Assembly (NCBI GenBank): GCA_964016885.1
Contig: OZ024744.1
Coordinates: forward strand, 72,664,001-72,728,000
Origin: Eledone cirrhosa
Taxonomy: Eukaryota
DNA length: 64,000 bases
Direction: 5' to 3'
Shown: positions 11,823-23,928 of the stretch, piece after piece
Position numbering within the stretch: the stretch's first letter is position 1
Layout: each line of letters starts with the position of its first letter
Program-made: the position numbers and the translations under genes
The notes under the pieces: model-generated
Database searches by the model: none
The model's input: only the letters and a program-made list of their open reading frames with translations
Told to the model about the DNA's origin: nothing

Positions 11823-14038
11823 TCATCATCATCATCATCACCGTTTTACGTCCGTTCTTCCACGCTAGCATGGGTTAGATGGGTTGTCCTGTTGTGGGCA
11901 GTGTCTGGTCGGCTGACCATGCCTTGCTCATACAGGAACTGATCTGGCTTGATTTCTACAGCTGGATGCCCTTCCTAACACCAACCTCATTTACAGTGAG
12001 TGCTGGGTGCTTTTTCGTGGCGCCTACACGTCCACTTTACAGTGTGGGCTGGGTGCTTTTTTGCCGTGGCACCTCCACGGCCACCTTGCGGTGGAGGGGG
12101 GGGGGCATATTGTTTATATGCTTCAGCATGTACCCATGGGAGGTCGGGTACCCTGTATTACTGCGTGACGCCAGAAGTCACGGTCGTGTGTCATTGATTT
12201 TGAGAGGTGTAGTTGGGTAAGGTCGGCTTTTATCACCTCATCCCAAGTCATCTTGGGTCTCCCCACTCCGCGGTTTCCATCAACTTCTAGTGCTCTGCAC
12301 CTTTTTATGCAGCTGTCATCCTTCATACGCATCACATGTCCATACCAGCGTAACCGCCTCTCCTGCACGCAGCATTTGATTCCTCTTATGCTCAGTCTCT
12401 CTCTCAATTCCTCTATGCTTTGTCGTTCACGTATATTACTGTTACACATCCATCGGAGCATGCAGGCTTCGTTTCTCTCTAATCTACGTAAGTCTTCCAC
12501 CTTCAGCGCCCAGGTCTCACTACCATGCAACATCGCTGTTCGGATACACGCATCATACAGTCTGCCTTTCATTCTGAGGGAGAAGCCTTTTGCAGCTAGC
12601 AGTGGTAGTAGTTCCCTAAACTTCTTCCATCCCGTTCTTACCCTAGTTATTGTACTTTCTGAGCACCCACCTCCGTTGCTAATTCGGTCACCTAGGTAGC
12701 AGAAGCTGTCTACTGTTTCTACAGGGCCCTCCCAGAGATTGGTGGTACTTGTTTCCTGTGGCTGTTTGCTTGCTGTTTCAGCACAGCTGCTGCATGTGAA
12801 TCCTACATTCTTAATTAAGCTTCCTGAGATCCCGCTACATCTCTTGTGTACCCATTGTTTGCATTTGGGGCAGAGAATGGAGTTTCTACCTACACCTTTC
12901 CTACATACTGAGCAAGGCCATTTCCCTGAGGGGATCTGGGTTCTGTTTTCTCGTCTACTTACAAGGACCTTAGTCTTTGTCATGTTGACTTTGAGGCCCT
13001 TTCTCTCTAGTCCCTGCTTCCAGGTTTGGAATTTATTCTCTAGTTCTACCATAGATTCAGCTATGAGTGCGAGGTCATCAGCATACAGGAGTTCCCATGG
13101 GCATCCGGTCTTAAACTCCTCCGTTATTGCCTGCAGGACTATGATGAACAGGAGAGGGCTAAGAACAGAGCCCTGGTGGACCCCAACCTGTACGCTAAAT
13201 TCCTCGCTATACTCATTGCCAATCCTAACTTTGCTTACTGCTCCCCTATACATGGCTTGTACCGCTTTCACAAGCCATTCATCTACTCCTAGTTTTCTAA
13301 GAGCCCACCAGATTACTGCACGTGGAACTCTGTCAAAGGCTTTCTCAAGGTCGACAAATGCCAAGTAGAGTGGCTTACTTTTAGCTAGGTACTTTTCCTG
13401 TAATTGCCTCACAAGGAAGAGGGCATCAGTGGTGCCTCTCCCTGGTACAAACCCAAATTGCATCTCGTCTATATTCACCCGGTCCCTAATCAGCTGTGCT
13501 ATAACTCTTTCTGTTACTTTCATGACCTGGTCCATCAACTTTATACCTCTATAGTTTCCTCTATCTAGTGCATCGCCTTTACCTTTGTAGCAGTTGACAA
13601 TGATGCTACTGCACCAATCTTTTGGTATGGACCCCTCTAGTATTACCTGGTTAACGATACGTGTGGTTATAGTGTGACCTACAGACCCAGATGCCTTCAG
13701 CATCTCGGCAGCTATACCCGATGGACCGGTTGCCTTCCCTATCTTCATATCTCTGATTGCCTTACTTACTACGCTGCCGCTGACTTGTACTGCTGGTCCC
13801 TCTATAGGGTCTACGTGGGGTAGGGTCTCTTCTTCCCATGCATTCTCCTCATTTAGTAATCTATCATAATGACTCTTCCATGCATCTTTCTTCTCAGCAC
13901 TTGTGAGGGCAAGCTCACCTTTATCATTCCGGATACACTTCTCTCCAATGACATCACAACTATCTCTGACACACTGCCTCGCAATCTTGAATACCTCCTG
14001 TTTCTGGTCCTCACGTTGTAAAACATGCTTGAATTTTC
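11823..14038 (-). mobile_element. RTE LINE family A, 5'-truncated, RT ORF uninterrupted (young copy)
   Basis: 541-aa ORF 12123-13748: KATGPSGI, NYRGIKL, QFGF, DLEKAFD, QGSVLSP, YADD, C4HC3 insert, FCYLG. (GAT)n tail at 11823-11840. Confidence 0.97.
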
Positions 14039-15331
14039 TATATATATATATATATAATATATATAATATATATATATATATATTATATATATATATATAT
14101 TATATATTATATATATATATATTATATATATATTATATATATATTATATATATTATATATATTATATATATTATATATTATATATATATATTATATATAT
14201 ATATATTATATATATATTATATATATATTATATATATTATATATTATATATATTATATATATATATATATTATATATATATTATATATATATTATATATA
14301 TTATATATTATATATATTATATATATATTATATATTATATATATATTATATATTATATATATATTATATATATATATATTATATATTATATATATATATT
14401 ATATATATTATATATATATATATATATTATATATATTATATATTATATATATATATTATATATATATATTATATATATATATTATATATATATATTATAT
14501 ATATATATATATATTATATATATACATATATTATATATATATATATATTATATATTATATATTATATATATATATTATATATATATATATATATATTATA
14601 TATTATATATTATATATATATATATATTATATATATATATATATTATATATTATATATTATATATATATATATATTATATATATATATATATTATATATA
14701 TATTATATATATTATATATATTATATATATTTTATATTATATATATTATATATATATATATTATATATATTATATATATATATATTATATATATTATATA
14801 TATATATATATATTATATATATATATTATATATATATATATTATATATATATATATTATATATATAATATATATATATAATATATATATTATATATATAT
14901 ATATATTATATATATATTATATATATATATATTATATATATATTATATATATATTATATATATATATATATTATATATATAATATATATATATAATATAT
15001 ATATTATATATATATATATATTATATATATATTATATATATATATATTATATATATATTATATATATATTATATATATATATATATTATATATATATTAT
15101 ATATATATATATTATATATATATTATACATATATATATATTATATATATATTATACATATATATATATTATATATATATTATATATATATATATATTATA
15201 TATATATTATATATATATTATATATATATATATATTATATATATATTATATATATATATTATATATATATTATACATATATATATATTATATATATATTA
15301 TACATATATATATATTATATATATATTATAC

Positions 15332-15363
<32 letters not shown>

Positions 15364-15701
15364 ATACATATATATATATTATATATATATTATACATATA
15401 TATATATTATATATATATTATATATATATATATTATATATATATTATATATATATATTATATATATATTATATATATATATATTATATATATATATATAT
15501 TATATATATATATATATTATATATATATTATATATATATTATATATATATTATATATATATTATATATATATTATATATATATTATATATATATTATATA
15601 TATATTATATATATATTATATATATATTATATATATATTATATATATATTATATATATATTATATATATATTATATATATATATATTATATATATATATA
15701 T
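14039..15701. repeat. 1.66-kb (TA)n/(TAT)n tract
   Basis: Nearly pure A/T low-complexity sequence. Confidence 0.95.
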
Positions 15702-16865
15702 AGAGGTACTCTCAGTAAAGTCAGGGTAGGAATGGAGTTTAGTGAGGAATTCCAGATACAAGTAGGAGTACATCAGGGTTCGGTCCTCAGCCCGCTCTTG
15801 TTCATTATAGTCCTCCAAGCCATAACAGAGGAGTTTAAGACTGGCTGTCCATGGGAACTTCTCTATGCTGACGATCTGGCTCTTATGGCAGAATCAGTAG
15901 AGGAGCTAGAGAATAAATTCCGGCTATGGAAACAGCAGTTGGAAGCAAGAGGACTGAGAGTAAATCTAGCTAAGACAAAAGTGTTGATGAGTAGAAAAGA
16001 GGACAAAACCCTGATTCCGTCAGGGAAATGGCCATGTTCGATATGCAGAAAAGGAACTGGCATAAATTCTATAAAATGCACACAATGTAGGTCCTGGGTA
16101 CACAAGAGATGTAGCGGGATAGCAGGCAAACTAACAGGTAGGGAGAAATATGTATGCAGTAGATGTACAGGGAAATTAGACAGTAGAAGTCGCACTGATA
16201 GACACATTTTTCAAATGCGAGAGGGCGCTATAGAAGTGGTGGATAGCTTCCGGTACCTAGGAGATCAGATTAGCATGGGAGGAGGGTGTTCCGAGGCCAT
16301 AGTATCTAGAATAAGGACGGGTTGGAAGAAGTTTAGGGAGCTGCTTCCTCTGTTGACGAAGAAGGGTTTCTCCCTGCGTACGAAAGGCCGGTTGTATGAT
16401 GCCTGTGTGAGGAGCGCGATGCTGCATGGTAGTGAGACATGGGCAGCTACCGCAGAAGATATGCGACGGTTGGAGAGAAATGAGGCAAGCATGCTCCGTT
16501 GGATGTGCAGTGTAAATGTGCGTGAACGACCCAGCATAAATGTGTTGAGAGAGAAACTGTGTCTGAGAGGGATAGAATGTAGTGTACGGGAGAGGAGACT
16601 GAGGTGGTATGGACATGTGATGCGCATGGAGGATGACCAATGGGTGAAGAAGTGCCAGGAAATGCCAGTTGAAGGAAGACGTAGTAGAGGTAGACCACGA
16701 AAAACATGGGCGGAGGTGGTGAGAACAGACCTCAGATCATTGAAGCTCACGGTGGAGATGACGAGGGACCGTGACGAGTGGAGAGATGCTGTGCTGAATA
16801 AGACCCGTCCCACCCTTGCAAGCAGGGAAAAGCGGACGTAAAATGATGATGATGATGATGATGAT
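15702..16865 (+). mobile_element. RTE LINE family C, 5'-truncated
   Basis: 369-aa ORF 15732-16841 with QGSVLSP, YADD, C4HC3 insert and FRYLG. The stop codon directly abuts the (GAT)n tail. Confidence 0.95.
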
Positions 16866-17008
16866 ATATATGATATATATATAAGATATATATATGATAT
16901 ATATATATATATATATAAGATATATATATATATGATATATATATATATTATATATATATATTATATATAATATATAAGATCAAAAGATGGTTAAAGGAGT
17001 TCCACGTA

Positions 17009-17075
17009 TTTTATTATGCGCATTTCAAAAACAAACATCATCATGCAATAATATTTGTGTTTTCATCAGATAAAA
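17009..17075 (-). ncRNA. Type-I hammerhead ribozyme motif with canonical core
   Basis: Minus strand: ttttat-CTGATGA-[~16-bp stem II, aaacacaaatattatt/gatgatgtttgttttt]-GAAA-TGCGCA-TA-ataaaa. Stem III is the palindrome ATGCGCAT. Confidence 0.8.
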
Positions 17076-17211
17076 CAGGAGGACATGATATGAAGGCTAA
17101 AAAACACTTGTGGATAGTGCAGTTTTAAATCAACATATGAAAAGTAATTTTAGATTGATGTGTGATATCTGCATTGCTTTATTGTACTACAATAAAACTC
17201 ACCTCCTACAT

Positions 17212-17243
<32 letters not shown>

Positions 17244-17339
17244 TTCATCCTTGCAGGGTCGATATAATAAAGTACCAGTAATGTACTGGGATAATTGCTG
17301 GCCTTGTGCCAAAAGTAGAAGAAATTATTGTAAGGCACA

Positions 17340-18397
17340 AGGCCAGCAATGATCATAGCATTCAGTCCCAACCACAGTGGCAACAATACTATCAAAAGGC
17401 CTGTTAGGCTATGGAAGAGAGTTACGGGAAGCGAAAGTAGGAACAGGAACAAATAGAAGAAACAAAAACACATACAGAGAACACAATAATAAAAGAATGG
17501 GACAAAATACATAAAAAAACAACAGTAGGTATATAAACAGAGGAATAGGGAACAAATGACTAGAAACAAGTACATATAGAGACTCCAGGTGTGCAAACAA
17601 GATATCCAAGGTTCACCTGACGCTGGGGTTGCCGTGAAGCTATGCCCGGCATCCACAGACAAGTTTGTTAAAGTCTTCAACTAGCACCACTACGTTGCTA
17701 GTCTGTACAGTTTGAGGAAGGTTCCAGAAGATCTGTGGAGGCAGGTGCTGAAGAGGTTACTCCTTTTATTGATAACTCGAGCTTCCCTCTCGATTACTTC
17801 CATAATCTCGGTGACACACAAATCGCACGAATCATGCTCCGCCCCCTCTCTCTGTAGAGTTGGGCTGATGCTACCTTGGACCACGACAAGGTGAATTCTA
17901 TGTTATCTTGTTTGAGACGCCACACTAGTTCCGAGAGGCCGGTGCTGTGTTTCTTATCAGCCCTCCTAAAGGTGTGGCAGTGATTGTACCAGCGTTCCTT
18001 AAACTTATTAGCCATGGCTACGATATAGGTGAAGGTATGGTTGCTGGTATTCACCCTACATTCATATACTAATCCATTGCCAAGGCACCTACCCTCCAGG
18101 GTCAGCTACCGAGGTTTCTGCAATTACAGCCCGGAGGGGTGTTCCCGCCTGTTTCACCGGAACGCGTTGTATGATTCTCCGGTCTTTCAGGGTCCAGGAA
18201 GTTACCAACAGAGAAAGAGGTATTTGCATTTTTTGTGCGTCTCCTCACGGTTGCCATCTCCCTTGGAGTTGCAGACGTTTTTTAAACTATTGCAGTTCAA
18301 GGCTTCTCTGTTTTGTGCTAGGTTTCTAGATGTGAAGTAGGACAATTTAATCGTGTGCCTGTTGAAGTCAAACAAGATAACGTAGAATTCACCTTGT
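17340..18397 (-). mobile_element. Penelope-like element 3' part: RT thumb remnant, GIY-YIG endonuclease and pLTR (decayed)
   Basis: Across frameshifts: FNRHTIKLSY...CNCR..PLEGRCLGNGLVYECRV...TYIVAMANKFKERWYNH...STGLSELVWRLK...CDLCVTE...INKRSNLFSTCLHR. Confidence 0.85.
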
Positions 18398-18437
18398 AGT
18401 ATATATTTATATATATGTATAAAAAAAAAATTATATA

Positions 18438-18787
18438 TCATCATCATCATCATCATCATTTCATTTTACATCCGCTTTTTCCCTGCTTGCAAGGGTGGGA
18501 TGGGAACTGATGCTGGCTTGATTTCTACAGCTGGATGCCCTTCCTAACACCAACCTCATTTACAGTGAGTGCTGGGTGCTTTTTTGCCGTGGCACCTCCA
18601 CGACCACTTTACAGTGGAATGATAGGGACACCAGTCCCTATCATCTCATTTCTACAGCTGAGTAAACTGGAGCAATGTGAAATAAAGTGCCTTGCTCAAG
18701 GAAACAACACATCACCCGGTCTGAGAATTGAACTCACAACCTTTCGATTGCAAGGCCAATGCTCTAACCACTAAGCCATGTGCCTCC
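18438..18787 (-). mobile_element. tRNA/Meta-like/RTE-tail SINE (same family as 5490-5837)
   Basis: Near-identical reverse complement of 5490-5837. Confidence 0.9.
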
Positions 18788-19435
18788 ATATATATATATA
18801 TTATATATATATATATAAATGATGATGATGATGGATATATATATCATATATATATATATATTTATATATATGATATATATATATGATATATATAATATAT
18901 ATATTATATATATATGATATATATAATATATATATTATATATATATATATATATAATATATATATCATATATATATATATATAATATATATATCATATAT
19001 ATATATATAATATATATATCATATATATATATATATGATATATATATCATATATATATATATAATATATATATCATATATATATATATATGATATATATA
19101 TATCATATATATATATATATATGATATATATATCATATATATATATATATAATATATATATCATATATATATATATATGATATATATATCATATATATAT
19201 ATATAATATATATATCATATATATATATATATGATATATATATCATATATATATATATATATGATATATATATCATATATATATATATATGATATATATA
19301 TCATATATATATATATATGATATATATATCATATATATATATATATGATATATATATCATATATATATATATATATGATATATATATCATATATATATAT
19401 ATATATGATATATATATATATATATATATATATCG

Positions 19436-19467
<32 letters not shown>

Positions 19468-19558
19468 ATATATATCATATATATATATGATATATACATC
19501 ATATATATATATATATCATATATATATATGATATATATATATATGATATATATATATA

Positions 19559-19874
19559 TCCATCATCATTTTACGTCCGCAAGGGTGGGACAGGAACTGA
19601 TTCTGGCTTGGTTTCTACAGCTGGATGCCCTTCCTAACACCAACCTCATTTACAGTGAGTGCTGGGTGCTTTTTTGCCGTGGCACCTCCACGACCACTTT
19701 GCAGTGGAATGATATGTACCCCAGTCCCTATCATCTCATTTCTACAGCTGAGTAAACTGGAGCAATGTGAAATAAAGTGTCTTGCTCAAGGAAACAACAC
19801 ATCACCTGGTCTGAGAATTGAACTCACAACCTTTCGATTATATCAATGCTCTAACCACTAAGCCATGTGCCTCC
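19559..19874 (-). mobile_element. tRNA/Meta-like/RTE-tail SINE with small deletions. A further 5'-truncated + copy lies at about 51424-51686
   Basis: Same sequence as 18438-18787. Confidence 0.9.
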
Positions 19875-21326
19875 ATATATATATATATATGTGTGTATGT
19901 ATATATACTCTGTTATTTTACTGTCATCATATCATATAATGATTAGCATAGAAGCAGCAGTTTTGTTGCTGCTATTCGTCAAAGAATTTTATTTCTGTTG
20001 TACAGCAGGATATTCCATGGAGTAAATGTAACTATTTCTTATTTCTCTTTGGAAATCTTCCAGACTGACCAGACTGACTACCACCATTTTATTTTATTTA
20101 TTTATTTATTCTTCAACTTCCTATGATTGGTTTTCGTCTGTTTTAACCATTTTGGAAGCAATTTTCTCGCTGTGTACTTTTAGAGCTAAATTACATTCAA
20201 TTAGTAAACATTGTGTATATATGTATGTGTGTGTGTATACATATATGTATGTGTGTACATGTGTGTAATGTGTGTATGTATACGTGTGTGTATATATATG
20301 TATATGTGCGTATATGTGTATGTATATATGTGTACGTATGTGTATAGATATATATATGTGTGTGTGTACATGAGTATGCGGGCATGCATAAATGATAAAC
20401 AAATAAATAAAACAAACAAAAAGGATATTTGATTAATTATATTTAAATGTTCTGGCATGAATTGTGTGTGTGTGCGTTTCCGTATGTGTGTGTGTGTATG
20501 TATATGTGTGTGTATGTGTGCGTGTTTTTATATTGTATATTGTCTATTTTATGAGTGTTTTTATTTCATTTAAACACATGTCTACTGTCTGGAGTGGCAG
20601 ATATTATTTCTCCAGCATTTTCAGAAGATATTCAAAATGGTAATTAAAAGTAATTATTTCAAGGACTTTTATAAACAGAATTATGAAGACATAATTCCAA
20701 TTTTCTGATTATTATTTCCTAGTCAGATGAAGTAATTTCAGAATATATTTCATTTATGAAATGCTTAATAAATTTAATTTGTCTACTTAAGGAGCATTAG
20801 TTCTGCTTCAACATTTTCCTATTAAAATTAATTGAGCTTTTGAATTTTTTCTACTTCTATTATTGTAAATTTATTTTATTTTATTTATTCCTGTTGTGTT
20901 AATTTGTTTTTGATATATATATATATATACACACTCACATACATTCATACATATATATATACATATGTACACACCCATACATTCATATATATATATATAT
21001 CTATATATTGTTTATTTCTTTGTGCAGACTTGATTGAAACAAAACAAGATAATTTATTCAATCTGAAATATTTAGATTAATATATTTAACTGACTTTATT
21101 GAAATGTTTTCATACACTGTTATAAGATGCACTGCAGTAGTTACAAAGTTGGCCATATACTGACCCACAGATCAGAAATTCAAATGCATAATTAAGATAA
21201 TTTCATAAAACTTTCTTAAACTGAATCAACTACACTCATTTTTTTTTCTTTATCTGGTAGGTTTGGAGTAAGGGCAGTGCCCATGGCCTTCACAGGCCAT
21301 CCAGAACCATCATATTTATATATATA

Positions 21327-21930
21327 CAGGGTGCGGATAATATTTGTTCGCAAGATTACTGTCTAGGAAAAAGTAACAGAGTAGTTTTATTTTTTAAGAT
21401 ATATTTATCAAACTTGGGTCAGTTTGTCTTCATGACTTGTTCTTTCGATCTCACTCGATAAACCCGCCATTGGCTTTGATGACGGCCTCAAGCTGGCCTC
21501 GGAACCGGCTACTGGTCTTCATCACTGTCCCCCAACTTAGGCCCCTAAAGGCACTTGACATCCTGGCCTTCAGATTGTCTTTCTTATTGCAGCTAGATAT
21601 GTTGGTGTCTCGTTCCACTGCGCCCCACACAAAGAAGTTGAGGGGGTTGCAGTCAGGCGAGCTGGGAGGCCAGATGTCAGGTGAAGTGTGGTCAACGAAG
21701 GTCTCTTTCGGCTGGTATGGCAGGGCGCTGAGTCTTGATGCCACATGTACGGCCTACCTGCAGCTACCTGGTTGATCCAGGATGTAGCCATCGGTGTTCA
21801 GCTTGAAGCCCTCATGGAAGAAGTGAAGTGGCATGACATCACCTTGACTGCTGACGACACCTAAGATCAATGTTGTCGCTGGAAACTTTGTCTGCATGAC
21901 TCTGGGCACGTCTTTGGATGAGACACTATT
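21327..21930 (-). mobile_element. Tc1/mariner superfamily (maT/DD37D-like) transposase relic with one terminus
   Basis: KFPATTLILGVVSSQGDVMPLHFF...GRPYMWHQDSAPCHT...WPPSSPDCNPLNFFVWG...RLEAV-like C-terminus. The terminus reads TA|CAGGGTGCGG. Confidence 0.85.
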
Positions 21931-22437
21931 CTCCTGCTGACGCTGAGAAAGTCTGACATTTCCTTATTTGTCCTCCCAGCGCGGATTCCAAGAAGAACTC
22001 CGTATGAATGTACTTATATATGAGAGGTGAATATATATATCTGTATATAGGTGAACGCAAGCACGCAAGCTCTTTGTGTGTGTGTGTAGGTCCACACAGA
22101 TAAGTGTACGATTAATGACTCGGAATGCCTCTTTATAGGTGTGAGCACATGTGCATGTGGGTGTATATGTAGGGAGGAGGCAAGCAAGCAAGGGATTGGC
22201 ATGGGAATTCATAAAAACTCGACTACACACAGCAGTAATTTTGCCGATGTATTGGGGTGGGTGACAGCTCACGCCTGAATGGAGATGGCCAGTGGGCAGA
22301 TTTCAATGGTCAAGCACTATGATGACGTCACAAACTATCAACCAATCTAAGTGCCGTGCAAACAGGATGATGGCAGATGATAAAGTTTCGAAGGGTCGGA
22401 GTCCAGCAGAAAGAGAATTTGCTTTGAAATCACTAGA

Positions 22438-22528
22438 CGTATCTGAGGAACTTGCGAATCCAGAGTCCAGTTCGATCCACAAACAGATCGCACCTCGAGC
22501 TGTTCGCCGGAGAAACAATTGTAGTACG
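22438..22528 (+). ncRNA. Type-I hammerhead ribozyme motif with long stem II, in a probable PLE pLTR (~21935-22572)
   Basis: cgtat-CTGAGGA-a-cttgcgaa...cgatc-cacaaaca-gatcg...ttcgccgg-a-GAAA-CAATTG-TA-gtacg. Stem III is the palindrome ACAATTGT and the cleavage triplet is GUA. Confidence 0.7.
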
Positions 22529-22570
22529 AAATAAATTGTGTTCCAATGGATCTCTAATTCTTCGTTTTCC

Positions 22571-22613
<43 letters not shown>

Positions 22614-23928
22614 TAAAAAAGTTGAACCCAAGGAAACTAGCTTATATTTTGCATTGGCAAAAAGTTATATAAATACTATCAATAAACGGTGGAATATGTT
22701 TTATGTGTTGAATTGAGATATTGTTTTGGTTAGAAGTATTAATTGGAGAGAGAGAGAGAAACATGGAATATCAACTGGTATTGAAGAATAAAGAATAGTG
22801 TGAGATGTGGAAGAAGGGGAGATAAAGAGTGTTAGTAGAGGGAGGGACAACATTGATCCAAGCAAGAAAATAGAATGGAAAAAGCTAGAACATTAGTAAA
22901 AAAAAAAAGTTGAGCAGAAGAGGAAAGGGAGGGAAAGGATGTAACAACAAACACTGTGCAAACATGCAAATACATTATTTTTTTACTTTTTCTCCTACTT
23001 TTAATCAGTAGACTGTAACTATGCTGTCGGACCACCGTGAAGAGATATAATCCATCATATTGACCTCAGTATTTACTTTCTCCAAGCATTGTACTTATTT
23101 TATCGATCTCTACCTTTTGGAATGATGAGCAATGTTATTAAAAAAGACTATGCTGCCTTCAAACTGAACATATACTGTTGAATTACATTTTATCATGAAC
23201 AGGTCAAAGAGAATCACTTCTATGTTCTTGTGGTAACTTTCCAGAAACTCTTTGGCATGATCTGTTTTTAATGTAAGAACTTTCAGTTTGAGAGAGAGTA
23301 TATCTTGAAGACGATCACCAAAAATGTACCAAGCTTGATGTCAAAGATCTACCAACTGTAAACAAAATCTTTTTGAATACATGGAGGTTAGGAAAACCTC
23401 CTAGGTGCTTTACAGCTTCTCTTGCTCTCCATTTTTTTCTTTATTTTTCTTATGCTTATGCCCCCCCCCCCCCCCCCCATTTGGCCTTCCTTATTTAATT
23501 TTTTAATTTTATTTTTTAGATTTAATTTTTTTATTTTTATATTCACTTATCTCTGTGTATTTTGTTTCTCATCTATAACAATTGCTAGATACTTCCATTA
23601 GTCTGTCATGGCTTACTAGCTCTATACAGACATTTAAATTGATTAAATGAATAAATAAATGTAGGCTATAAACCATCAGAAAATATAAACATAGATTTAC
23701 ACACACACTTTCCTTTTACCCATAGTCGACTCAATAAGCAGAGTTTTAAACTTCTATTTATGCCGGTCTAGAATTCAAATTCTCCGTTTTTCTCTCGGAT
23801 TTTCAATTAATATTTTACATGTTTTTAATAATATGTCTCATTCTGTTGGACCCTTCCTAAAAACTAATCTTCTCCTAAAGTTACCCATTTCCCGCCCTCC
23901 CACCCCCCACTCACCACCATTGCTATAT

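Noticed and set aside
12253-13368. Antisense ORFs over the RTE RT (also 16265-16813, 33929-34600 and 36895-37521)
   Set aside because: These are shadow frames of the RT coding strand with no recognisable domains.
11036-14880. Long Ile/Tyr-rich ORFs (for example 13903-14880 and 11036-11449)
   Set aside because: These are translations of (TA)n microsatellite, not proteins.
20006-20027. Small exon candidate after 'ttgtacag'
   Set aside because: Acceptor and donor choices are ambiguous, lengths are not frame-preserving, and no MICU similarity is recognisable.
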